Shown: positions 44,484 to 53,708 of the stretch, piece after piece
Layout: each line of letters starts with the position of its first letter
How positions within the stretch are numbered: position 1 is the stretch's first letter
Source of the DNA: Thermoplasmatota archaeon
Lineage (GTDB): Archaea; Thermoplasmatota; JAKEGO01
Length of the DNA: 64,000 bases
Assembly: GCA_028279595.1 (NCBI GenBank)
Contig: JANQNK010000004.1
Location: forward strand, 160,001 to 224,000
Reading direction: 5' to 3'
The notes under the pieces: model-generated
What the model saw: the letters and a program-made list of their open reading frames with translations, nothing else
The model's database searches: none
Told to the model about the DNA's origin: nothing
Position numbers and translations under genes: made by a program

Positions 44484-47400
44484 CTAGAGGACCTCGCAGA
44501 GCGCTCCCTTGATCAGGGAGAGTATCTGCTCGTCCTTGAACCCCTTCTGCTGTACGGCACCGGACCTGCATGTCGCGGCGCATACTCCGCATCCCTTGCA
44601 GAGGGCCGTGGTGACGACTGCCTTCCCGTCCACGAGCTCGATGGCAAGATATGGACAGGCTGCCGCGCATAGGCCGCAGCCCGAGCAGAGCGCCTCGTTC
44701 ACCGACGATACGGTCGCCTCGGTCTCGAACTTGTCGCTCGATATTATGGTGCAAGCCCTCGAGGCGGCCGCATAGGCCTGGGCGATCGCCTCCCCGATGA
44801 ACTTCGGTGAATGGGCCATTCCAGCGAGGAAGACCCCCTCGGTGGAGAAGTCCACGGGCCTCAGTTTCACGTGCGCCTCGAGGAAGAAGCCGTCCTCGTT
44901 GAGCGGGACCTTCAGTAGCTTGCCGATGTCGGCGTTCCCGGGCTGCGGGATTATGGCCGGTGCGAGCACGACGAGATCGGCCTCGATCTCCAAGTCCATG
45001 TCGAGGATGTGGTCCCTGGTGCCGACGACCAGACCGTCCTTCCCCTTGGCGACGGTGGGCTTTCGGTCGAGGCTGTAACGTATGAATATGACGCCTTCGG
45101 CGCGGGCCCTTTCGTAAAGGGTCTCCTTGAACCCGTACGTGCGCATGTCACGATATAGGACGTAGACGTTCGCGTCCGGATGCGCCTCCTTTATCGCGAG
45201 CGCGTTCTTGACGGCGTCGGTGCAGCAGACGCGGCTGCAGTACGGCCTGTGCTCCTCCCTCGAGCCGACGCACTGGATCATCGCGATGGTCTTCCCGGAC
45301 AGGTCGGCCCCTTCTGCCATCATTCCCTCGAGGTCGAGCTGGGTGACGACGCGCTCGTCCTCGCCGAACAGGTACTCCTCTGGCTTGGACTCGACCGCGC
45401 CGGTGGCGACTATGACAACGCCGTGCTCGATCTCGATCTGGTCGCTGTCCTGCTCCACGGTGGTCCGGTAGTTGCCGATGTATCCGTCGATATCTATGAT
45501 CTGCGAGTTACTATGTACTGTAATGAGCGGGTTGGAGTCTACCTTCCCGATGGTATCGCGGAGGAATCCTTGCACGTCCATCCCCTCGCTGGAGTGATGG
45601 ATCCGGCGCATGACCCCGCCGAGTTCCGACTGTGCCTCGATCAGGTCCACCGGATATCCCTGCTCGGCGATGGCAAGGGCCGATATCATGCCGGACAATC
45701 CGCCGCCCACAACGAGGGCGGACTGCGTGATGTCCAGTTCGACCATCGGAAGAGGTTCGATTATCGAAGCCTTGGCGATGGCCATTCTGACCAGGTCCCT
45801 GGCCTTCTCGGTCGCCGTGGACCTGTCATCCATGTGGACCCACGAGCACTGGTCCCGGATGTTGGCCATCTCGAAGAGGTGGGCGTTGAGCCCGGCCTCG
45901 CGTATCGTGGCCTGGAAGAGCGGTTCGTGCGTCCTCGGCGTGCACGATGCGACGATGACGCGGTTAAGATGGTTCTCCTGGATGGTCTCGACGAAGCGCT
46001 TCTGGGTGTCCTGGGAGCAGGTGTAGAGGTTGTCTTCGGCATAGACCACGCCGGGCAGCCCCCTTGCGTAGTCGACGAGGCCTGGTACGTCGACGTAACC
46101 GCCGATGTTGATGCCGCAGTGGCAGATGAACACGCCGATCCGGGGGCCGACGCCCGTGACGTCCAGCTCGGGCGGGAGCGCCTTCCTCTCCACCATTGTG
46201 TTCCTCGCCTCGGATATCAGGCCGCTGGCCTTCGCGGCGGCACCGGAGGCTTCCATGACCGTTTCCGGGATGTCCTTCGGACCGGAGAAAGCGCCGCAGA
46301 CGAACACGCCGTCCCTGGACGTCTCGACGGGGCACTCCTCCTGGGTCTGGCAGAAGCCCCGCTCGTTGAGGTCGATCCCCATGCGGCCGGCCAGGTCGCG
46401 GGAGTCCTCCTTGGACGTGAACCCGACCGACAGGACGGCCATGTCGAACTCCTCCTCGATGAGCTGTCCGTCCTCGGTCTCGTACTGGATCGTCAGGTCG
46501 TGGGTCTCCGGGTCCTCCTTGATCTCCGATATCCTGCATCGCAGGAAGCGGACCCCGTACTCGTCCTTAGCCCGGTTGTAATATGATTCGAAGCCCTTGC
46601 CGAAGGTCCGCATGTCCATGAAGAAGATGGTCGGTTCTATTGACGGTACATGCTCCTTGGCTATGACGGCCTCCTTGATGGCGTACGTGCAGCAGACCGA
46701 TGAACAGTAGTCAGCGCCGCAGCCCAGGTCCCTGGACCCGACGCACTGGACCCACGCGATCTTCTTCGGCTGCTTGCCGTCCGAGGCCCTCAGTACATGG
46801 CTCTTGTACGGGCCTGATGCGGAAAGTATGCGCTCGAACTCGATGCTCGAGACGACGTTGGGGAATCGGCCGTGACCGTACTCGCCCTTCTGGTCGGAGT
46901 CGAACTCCTCGAACCCGGGACAGAGTATGATCGATCCGACGTTGATCTCCGACAGTTCGTCCTTGTCGTCGTAGACGATGGCGTCGGCAAGGCAGAGGTT
47001 CTCGCATAGCCCGCAGCCGATGCACTTCTCCCTGTCGATGGCGAATGCCAGGGGCACCGCCTGGGGGTACATGAGATAGATCGCACGCCTTTCCGAAAGG
47101 CCCTCGTTGAAGACGGAGACGGCGTCGATGGGGCACTCCTTGGCGCAGACGCCGCATCCCGTGCACTTCTCGACGTCCACGTATCGCGCCTTCTTCCTGA
47201 TCTTGACCTTGAAGTCACCGGCCTCGCCCTCGACGGACTCGACCTCGGAATATGTGATTAGTTCGATGTTGGGATGTCTTCCGACGTCCACGAGCTTTGG
47301 GGCCATGATGCACATGGAGCAGTCGTTCGTCGGGAACGTCTTGTCCAGCTGGGCCATCGTCCCGCCGATCCCCGGCGATGAGTCGAGGAGATAGACCTTG

Positions 47401-47492
47401 AAACCCGAGTTGGCCAGGTCGAGGGACGACTGCATCCCGGCGATCCCGCCTCCGACCACGAGAACGGCTCCGACCTTGTTCTCGGCCGTCAT
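44484..47492 (-). CDS. hdrA: Large double-FAD HdrA-like protein (copy 2)
   Basis: True start ATG 47492 (ATGA overlap); GGGIAG, QLDKTFPTNDC, two CVGSR..CC motifs, CHCG, C-terminal ferredoxin. Confidence 0.92.
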   Translation of the reverse strand: MTAENKVGAVLVVGGGIAGMQSSLDLANSGFKVYLLDSSPGIGGTMAQLDKTFPTNDCSMCIMAPKLVDVGRHPNIELITYSEVESVEGEAGDFKVKIRKKARYVDVEKCTGCGVCAKECPIDAVSVFNEGLSERRAIYLMYPQAVPLAFAIDREKCIGCGLCENLCLADAIVYDDKDELSEINVGSIILCPGFEEFDSDQKGEYGHGRFPNVVSSIEFERILSASGPYKSHVLRASDGKQPKKIAWVQCVGSRDLGCGADYCSSVCCTYAIKEAVIAKEHVPSIEPTIFFMDMRTFGKGFESYYNRAKDEYGVRFLRCRISEIKEDPETHDLTIQYETEDGQLIEEEFDMAVLSVGFTSKEDSRDLAGRMGIDLNERGFCQTQEECPVETSRDGVFVCGAFSGPKDIPETVMEASGAAAKASGLISEARNTMVERKALPPELDVTGVGPRIGVFICHCGINIGGYVDVPGLVDYARGLPGVVYAEDNLYTCSQDTQKRFVETIQENHLNRVIVASCTPRTHEPLFQATIREAGLNAHLFEMANIRDQCSWVHMDDRSTATEKARDLVRMAIAKASIIEPLPMVELDITQSALVVGGGLSGMISALAIAEQGYPVDLIEAQSELGGVMRRIHHSSEGMDVQGFLRDTIGKVDSNPLITVHSNSQIIDIDGYIGNYRTTVEQDSDQIEIEHGVVIVATGAVESKPEEYLFGEDERVVTQLDLEGMMAEGADLSGKTIAMIQCVGSREEHRPYCSRVCCTDAVKNALAIKEAHPDANVYVLYRDMRTYGFKETLYERARAEGVIFIRYSLDRKPTVAKGKDGLVVGTRDHILDMDLEIEADLVVLAPAIIPQPGNADIGKLLKVPLNEDGFFLEAHVKLRPVDFSTEGVFLAGMAHSPKFIGEAIAQAYAAASRACTIISSDKFETEATVSSVNEALCSGCGLCAAACPYLAIELVDGKAVVTTALCKGCGVCAATCRSGAVQQKGFKDEQILSLIKGALCEVL

Positions 47493-48253
47493 TCCGACAC
47501 CTCCCCGACGAGTATGTAGCGTGGGTCGTCGTCCACGATGTCCATCATGTGGACCTGTCCGGCGTTCTCGAGGTCGATCATGTACTTGAAGACCGTCGCC
47601 GTGTCCATCTCGACCGCTTCGGCGATCGATGGGACCGTCGCGGGCGATCCGGCCCTGATGGCGGACCGTATCAGTTCCCGGTTGTACTCGTTCACTATAT
47701 TGTTCCACAGGATGTCCTTCAGTTCGGCCTCGTCGAGCTTGTCGCCGTAGACGTTGCCGTGGTCGACCATGTCCCGCTCCTTGCCGACGAGCCATCGGAT
47801 GCGGTCCATCGAGGCGATCTTCTCACCGACCGCTGCCTTCGGTCCGGCGTCAGCCGCGTCGAGCGGTCCGAGCTCCCGGATGCGCTCGGTGAAGTCCGTG
47901 ATGACCTCGCCGAACCTCTGGCCCTCGGCGGCCGAGACCCAGTCGAGGAGCAAACGGTCGGGGTCGATGCCGACCTTCTCCATGACGCGGAAGGTCAGGT
48001 CCATCTTCCTCTCGGCCTGGTAGTTGCCTGTGAGGTAATGGCAGTCGCCCGGATGGCAGCCGAGGACCGCGACGCCGTCCATACCGTTCCTGAACGCCTC
48101 GAGTACGTGGAGCGGGTCCACCCGGCCGGAGCACATGACGCGGATGACCCGCATGTTCGGAGGGTACTGGACCCGCGAGACACCGGCGAGGTCCGCGCCC
48201 GCGTAGGCGCACCAGTTGCAGAGGAATCCGAGGAGCTTGGGTTCGTAGGCCAT
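47489..48253 (-). CDS. mvhD: MvhD-like [2Fe-2S] protein fused to a C-terminal winged-helix-like domain
   Basis: Start ATG 48253; [27 protein letters not shown]; ~120-aa extension ending ATVPSIAEAVEMDTATVFKYMIDLENAGQV. Confidence 0.85.
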   Translation of the reverse strand: MAYEPKLLGFLCNWCAYAGADLAGVSRVQYPPNMRVIRVMCSGRVDPLHVLEAFRNGMDGVAVLGCHPGDCHYLTGNYQAERKMDLTFRVMEKVGIDPDRLLLDWVSAAEGQRFGEVITDFTERIRELGPLDAADAGPKAAVGEKIASMDRIRWLVGKERDMVDHGNVYGDKLDEAELKDILWNNIVNEYNRELIRSAIRAGSPATVPSIAEAVEMDTATVFKYMIDLENAGQVHMMDIVDDDPRYILVGEVSE

Positions 48254-51200
48254 CAGGCCACCCCCCTGTAGGCCTCGATCTGGGCCGTGATCTCCTCGTT
48301 CGTGAAATGCTTCATGGTGATGGCCAGCTTCGGACAGCTTGCTCCGCAGACGCCGCAGCCCTTGCACGATGCGGGGATGACCTGAGCCTTGCGTCCGCCC
48401 TCCTTCAGAACTAGCTCCATGGCCTTGAAGGGACAGTTGGTGACGCACAGACCGCAGCCGATGCACATCTCCTCGGTGATATCGGCAATGGCGGGATTGA
48501 CCCTGACCTCGCCCTTGGCGAGCAGTGTCGAAGCCCTTGCGGCCGCAGCGTACGCCTGTGCAATGGACTCTTCCATCGTCTTCGGGGAGTGTGCCATGCC
48601 GGCGAGGAAGACGCCGTCCGTGGCGAAATCGACAGGACGCAGCTTGACATGCGCCTCGAGGAAGAAACCGTCCTCGTTGAGGGGGACCTTGAGCATCTTC
48701 GCCAGGTCGACCCTGTCGGGGCGCGGCTCGATGGCCGGTGCCAGTGCTACTATGTCCGCCTCTATGAAGAGCTCTTCGCCGAGTATCTTCTCCTTGACCT
48801 TGACCGTCAGCGCATCGCCGTCAGTGTCCACGGCGGGCTTGCCGTCCAGGTCGAACCGGACGAACACGACGCCGAGCTCCCTTGCGCGGCCGTAGTGGCT
48901 CTCCTTCAATCCATACGTGCGCATGTCCCTGTAGAGGATGTAGACCTGTGCCGATGGGTCAGTTTCCTTGATCCTGATGGCGTTCTTGATGGCGTCCGAG
49001 CAGCAGACGCGGCTGCAGTACGTGTGGCTCTCGTCCCTTGAACCGACGCACTGGATCATGGCGACGGTCCTCCCGACCGGTTCGCCCTCAGCGATCCGTC
49101 GCTCCAGCTCCGTCTGTGAGATGACGCGCTCGTCCTCGCCGAAGAGGTACTCCGCAGGTGCCGATTCGACCGCGCCTGTCGCGACGATTATCGCACCATG
49201 CTCGACCCTCTCCGGGCCGTCCGGCGTGTCTATGACCGACTCGAAGTTGCCGACGAAGCCGCCGATCTCCGAGACCTTCGCGTTGAGGTGGACATCGATG
49301 ATGTCGCTCTCCCCGATCCGGTCCACGAGCGAGCCCAGGTATTCCTGGACGTTGTCATTGTCAAGTGTGTAATGTATGTTCCTCATGTTCCCGCCGAGAG
49401 CGTCCTCCTGTTCGACGAGTGATACTCCGAAGCCCTGGTCCGCAAGGGCGAGGGCAGCGGTCATTCCCGCAAGTCCGCCGCCGATCACGAGGCCGTGCTG
49501 GATGACGTCCAGTGAGAGTTCCTCGAGGGGTTCGATGTGCGCCGCCCGAGCGACGGACATCCGGACTAGGTCCTGCGCCTTCTCGGTCGCGGTGGCCTTG
49601 TCGTCCATGTGGACCCACGAGCACTGGTCCCGGATGTTGGCCATCTCGAAGAGGTGGGCGTTCAGACCTGCCTCCCGAAGCGTCTCCTGGAATAGGGGTT
49701 CGTGCGTCCTTGGAGTGCACGAGGCAACGAGCACGCGGTTCAGCCCATGCTCCTTGATCCGGTCGATGAGCGTGTGCTGTGCGTCCTGGCTGCAGGAGTA
49801 GATGTTCTCCTCGGCGTGGACGACGTTCGGCAGTCCCCTGGCGTACTCCACGACCGCGGGCACGTCGACGTAGGCACCGATGTTGATGCCGCAATGACAT
49901 ACGTAGACGCCGATCCGCGGCTCCTCGCCGGAGACGTCGCGCTCGGGGACGAACTCGCGCTCCTCGACGAGAGTCCCGCGTCCGGACGATATCATCGCGC
50001 CAGCCTTCGCGGCCGCGCCGGAGGCCTCCATCACGGTCTCCGGGATGTCCTTCGGACCGGAGAATGCGCCGCAGACGAAGACGCCTGGTACGTCGGTCTC
50101 CATGGGCCTCGTCTCCTCGGTCTCGCAGAAACCGAAGTCGTCCAGGGATATGCCGGCCGTCTCGGCGAGGTCCTTGACGCCCTCGCCCGGCTCCAGGCCG
50201 ATGGAAAGGACGACCATGTCGAAGGTCTCCTCCCTCAATGCCCCTTCCTCGCTCTCGTACCTTATCCTGAGGTCCTTCCCGGGGGTCTCCTGGACCTCCG
50301 AGATCCTGGACCTTATGAATCGGATGCCATGCTGGTCCTCGGCGCGGTTGAGATAGGACTCGAAACCCTTGCCGTGGGTGCGCATGTCCATGTAGAAGAT
50401 GGTCGGCTCGACGGAACCGGAGTGCTCCTTGGCGATTATGGCCTCCTTGATGGAGTAGGTGCAGCAGACGGAAGAGCAGTACTCGTTCCCGCATGACCTG
50501 TCCCTGGACCCGACGCAGTTGATCCAGGCGATCCTTTTCGGCTCCTTCCCGTCGGACGGCCTGAGCACGTGACCTTCGTACGGACCGGAGGCAGAAAGTA
50601 TCCGCTCGAACTCGAGGGACGTCACGACGTTGTCGAAGCGGCCGTAGCCGTATTCGCCCTTCGCCTCTGCGTGGAAACCCTCGAACCCGGGCGCCATGAC
50701 GATCGACCCTACCTCGACGGTGCGTTCGATATCCTGCATGTCGAAATCGATTGCGTTAGCGGGGCAGGCCTCGACGCACTTCATGGCGCACTTGCCGGTC
50801 TTGACCTGGAGGCAGTTGACGGGATCGACGACGTACCGGAGCGGTACGGCCTGGGGATATGGGATGTAGATCGCGCTCCTCTCCTTCAGCTCCTCGTCGA
50901 ACTCGTTCCTGAGACGCCCCTTGAGGACGCATGCCTCGGCGCAGAGGTTGCATCCGACGCAGGCCTCGGTTACGCGGCGTGCTCTTTCGGTGATCTTGAC
51001 GGTGAAGTCGCCCGCCTTTCCGTCGATCGCAGTGACCGACGAGTTCGTCATCAATTCTATGTTCGGGTGCCTGCCGACGTCCACGAGCTTCGGCGACAGG
51101 ATGCAGAGGGAACAGTCATTGGTTGGAAATGTCTTGTCGAGCTGTGCCATCGCCCCGCCTATCGCGGGCTTGTCCTCCACCATGTAGACCTTGAAGCCGG

Positions 51201-51279
51201 CGTCGGCCAGGTCGAGTGCGGACTGGATGCCACCAATGCCGCCCCCGACTACCAGCACAGCGCCGACCGGGTCGCTCAT
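48253..51279 (-). CDS. hdrA: Large double-FAD HdrA-like protein (copy 3)
   Basis: Same architecture as copy 2; directly follows hdrC-hdrB. Confidence 0.92.
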   Translation of the reverse strand: MSDPVGAVLVVGGGIGGIQSALDLADAGFKVYMVEDKPAIGGAMAQLDKTFPTNDCSLCILSPKLVDVGRHPNIELMTNSSVTAIDGKAGDFTVKITERARRVTEACVGCNLCAEACVLKGRLRNEFDEELKERSAIYIPYPQAVPLRYVVDPVNCLQVKTGKCAMKCVEACPANAIDFDMQDIERTVEVGSIVMAPGFEGFHAEAKGEYGYGRFDNVVTSLEFERILSASGPYEGHVLRPSDGKEPKRIAWINCVGSRDRSCGNEYCSSVCCTYSIKEAIIAKEHSGSVEPTIFYMDMRTHGKGFESYLNRAEDQHGIRFIRSRISEVQETPGKDLRIRYESEEGALREETFDMVVLSIGLEPGEGVKDLAETAGISLDDFGFCETEETRPMETDVPGVFVCGAFSGPKDIPETVMEASGAAAKAGAMISSGRGTLVEEREFVPERDVSGEEPRIGVYVCHCGINIGAYVDVPAVVEYARGLPNVVHAEENIYSCSQDAQHTLIDRIKEHGLNRVLVASCTPRTHEPLFQETLREAGLNAHLFEMANIRDQCSWVHMDDKATATEKAQDLVRMSVARAAHIEPLEELSLDVIQHGLVIGGGLAGMTAALALADQGFGVSLVEQEDALGGNMRNIHYTLDNDNVQEYLGSLVDRIGESDIIDVHLNAKVSEIGGFVGNFESVIDTPDGPERVEHGAIIVATGAVESAPAEYLFGEDERVISQTELERRIAEGEPVGRTVAMIQCVGSRDESHTYCSRVCCSDAIKNAIRIKETDPSAQVYILYRDMRTYGLKESHYGRARELGVVFVRFDLDGKPAVDTDGDALTVKVKEKILGEELFIEADIVALAPAIEPRPDRVDLAKMLKVPLNEDGFFLEAHVKLRPVDFATDGVFLAGMAHSPKTMEESIAQAYAAAARASTLLAKGEVRVNPAIADITEEMCIGCGLCVTNCPFKAMELVLKEGGRKAQVIPASCKGCGVCGASCPKLAITMKHFTNEEITAQIEAYRGVA

Positions 51280-52163
51280 GCCGCCTCCTCTCCCTCCTCG
51301 AGTTTCGCCAGGAGGTCCTTGGCCTTGACCTTGTTGAGCCTGAATCCCAGCTGTTTCTTGTCCATTCCGTAAGCGAGGCCCAGCAGCTGGGGGTAGTAGA
51401 GGACCGGCAGGCCGTACTCCGTCTCGTACTTCTGCTCGATCTTCTTCTGATTGTCCTCGTACATGACGGTACAGAAGGGACAGACCGTGATGAGCCCGTC
51501 AACCGGGTTCGCCGTGATGTGATCGAGCTTCTTCTTCGCCATCTGGAGGGCGATGTCCTCCTCCACGCCGAGGATGGCCCCTCCGCAGCATTCGAGCTTG
51601 TCCTGGTAGTCGACGGACTTCGCTCCGGCGGCCTCGATGAGCTCGTCGATCGTCCGCGGGTCCTCGGCGTCGTCGAAGCAGTGCACTTCAGCAGGCCTGA
51701 GGTAGTGGCACCCGTAATGGACCGAGAACGAGAAGTCGCTCATGTCCCGTGTGATGGGGTCCTTGATCTTCTCAAGACCTATATCCTCGTAGAGCATCCT
51801 CGAGAAGTGCTTGATCTTCGTCCCTGGCTTGAACTCGCAACCCACGTCCTTCAGGTCCTCGTTGACCTTGGCGCGCAGTTCGGAGTCCTCCGAGAGGATG
51901 TGGTTAGCCTCGGCAAGTACGCCGGTGCAGGCGTTGCAGAGGGTCACGATATCGACGCCCTCCTTCTGGGCCTGACATATGTTCCTGGCAGCGAGGGCCA
52001 GAGTGCTCCTGGCACTCGTCGATTTCACGGGATATCCGCAGCACGAGAAACCGTCCATGTCGACGAGCTCGATGCCGAGCTTCTCGGCGACTGCGCGGGC
52101 GGAGAGTTCGTAGTTCTGACCCCTTACGGGGATCGTGCAGCCTAGGAAGAGTGCGTACTTCAT
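51276..52163 (-). CDS. hdrB: Heterodisulfide reductase subunit B
   Basis: FLGC, FSCCG, CNAC, HYGCH, ECCG, CPFC, PVLYYPQLLG. Confidence 0.92.
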   Translation of the reverse strand: MKYALFLGCTIPVRGQNYELSARAVAEKLGIELVDMDGFSCCGYPVKSTSARSTLALAARNICQAQKEGVDIVTLCNACTGVLAEANHILSEDSELRAKVNEDLKDVGCEFKPGTKIKHFSRMLYEDIGLEKIKDPITRDMSDFSFSVHYGCHYLRPAEVHCFDDAEDPRTIDELIEAAGAKSVDYQDKLECCGGAILGVEEDIALQMAKKKLDHITANPVDGLITVCPFCTVMYEDNQKKIEQKYETEYGLPVLYYPQLLGLAYGMDKKQLGFRLNKVKAKDLLAKLEEGEEAA

Positions 52164-52648
52164 TCACACACCTCCGCGATGGCCGGGTCCTTGACGACCT
52201 TCCTGACCTCGTCGATGGTCTTCTGGACGGGGGGCAGGCCCATCTTCTCGCGCTTCTTGTTGTCGAAGTCCTCGACCTCGTAGAGACGGCCGAACTCGAG
52301 CACGAGCCGCGCCTGCTCCTTGAAGGAGGGATGCATGTATCCCTCCCGTACGGCGATGTTCTTCAATGCCGTCATGATGTCGGTGAGGTGTACGTCCTGG
52401 GGACACCTGTCGTAACAGGTATAGCATGTGGAACAGAGCCATATGAACTCGCTCGACAGTACCTCTTCCCTCATTCCAAGAAGGACCATCCTGATGATCT
52501 TGCGGGGATTGTACTTGTCGTCGATCTCGCGGACGGGGCATCCTGCCGTGCAGGTTCCGCACGCGAAGCAGCGGGATATCTCCCATCCACCGAGTTCCTT
52601 CGAGACCTCGTCCTTGAAGTTCGGATCAAGCTCGCTGGTCCTTATCAT
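52160..52648 (-). CDS. hdrC: Heterodisulfide reductase subunit C
   Basis: CFACGTCTAGCP, YNPRKIIR, IWLCSTCYTCYDRCPQ. Confidence 0.92.
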   Translation of the reverse strand: MIRTSELDPNFKDEVSKELGGWEISRCFACGTCTAGCPVREIDDKYNPRKIIRMVLLGMREEVLSSEFIWLCSTCYTCYDRCPQDVHLTDIMTALKNIAVREGYMHPSFKEQARLVLEFGRLYEVEDFDNKKREKMGLPPVQKTIDEVRKVVKDPAIAEVCE

Positions 52649-52649
52649 C

Positions 52650-53699
52650 TCACTTTGCCTCCATGACCGCTTTTGTGATGTCCCTGGGCTCGACGCCTGG
52701 CGTCTGGACCTCGGACTCCTCGTAGAACTCCTCGATCGCGTTCACGACCTCGGACTCGTCCCTCTGGGTGTCGGCCAGGCTCGCCTCGAGACCGGCCAGT
52801 TCCTTCTTCGGAAGGAGCGTGAAGTCGCCGGAGATGCCGATGTCGGCGATGCGGGCCTCGACCACCTCCTGCTGCGTCCTTATCAGGCCGCCCTGGGCCT
52901 TGTACATGCCGTAGAGTATCTCCACGCCTTCCTTGATCTTGACCCCGCTGGGGACCTTCGGGGTCTTCCTGTACTTGAACTCGGGTGAATCGAACCAGAC
53001 CGCCAGTTCCTCCATCTTCGCGACCACGTCGTCGCTCAGGGTCAGCGGGGTCAGCTTTCCGAGGAGGTCCTCGTATCGGCTATGGAGCACGCCGGTGAGC
53101 TCCTCCCTCGGGGGGAGCCTTCCGAGTTCCTTCTTCATTGTGGTGACGTTCTCCTCCATCGTCTTGAAGACCTTGTCCCTGAACTTCTCGTCGGGGACCT
53201 TGATCGCATGGGCCATCGCGTTGAAGTCGAAGTCCATGATGAGCGAACCGACGAAGACCATCGAATCGTCTATGTCCGCGCCGCCGAGACCCGCGATCTT
53301 GCGGCCCTCGGTCGTGATTATGTCGTTGACCTCGCGGAACTTGGTCTGGATGCCGTACTCCTCGTAGGTCTCGATCGGCGGGATCGACAGCTGCTGGTAG
53401 ATCTCCTTGACGCTCTTGGGGAACGCCGGATTGTCCTGGTTCCAGATTATATGGTAGAATATCTGGTCCCTGTCGAGGTAGACCGTGCCCCCGCCGACCT
53501 CCCTGCGGATTATCGGGAGACCCGCTTTTTCGCAGTAGGCGGTGTCAACCTCCTTCTCTAGGTCCTGGAAGTATCCCACGCTGATGAACGGGGTCTCGGG
53601 GGACACCGTCACCATCGCCTCCACGCCCATCCGGGCGAGGGTGTGGAATATCAACATCGACTGTTTCCATGGGCGCACACCGAGATCGAGCAGGTACAC
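52650..53699 (-). CDS. lplA: Lipoate-protein ligase with fused accessory domain (LplAB type)
   Basis: SVGYFQ...EVD, RREVGGGTVYLD, NDI...GRKIAG (catalytic Lys); C-terminal KAQGGLIR...ISGDF; GTG start after GAGGTGA. Confidence 0.9.
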   Translation of the reverse strand: MYLLDLGVRPWKQSMLIFHTLARMGVEAMVTVSPETPFISVGYFQDLEKEVDTAYCEKAGLPIIRREVGGGTVYLDRDQIFYHIIWNQDNPAFPKSVKEIYQQLSIPPIETYEEYGIQTKFREVNDIITTEGRKIAGLGGADIDDSMVFVGSLIMDFDFNAMAHAIKVPDEKFRDKVFKTMEENVTTMKKELGRLPPREELTGVLHSRYEDLLGKLTPLTLSDDVVAKMEELAVWFDSPEFKYRKTPKVPSGVKIKEGVEILYGMYKAQGGLIRTQQEVVEARIADIGISGDFTLLPKKELAGLEASLADTQRDESEVVNAIEEFYEESEVQTPGVEPRDITKAVMEAK

Positions 53700-53708
53700 A
53701 TGATCACC

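Noticed and set aside
34060-52648. Methanogenesis or dissimilatory sulfate reduction inferred from hdr/mvhD genes
   Set aside because: No mcr, mtr, mvhAG, dsr, apr or qmo genes in the window; Hdr/Flx is widespread in non-methanogens.
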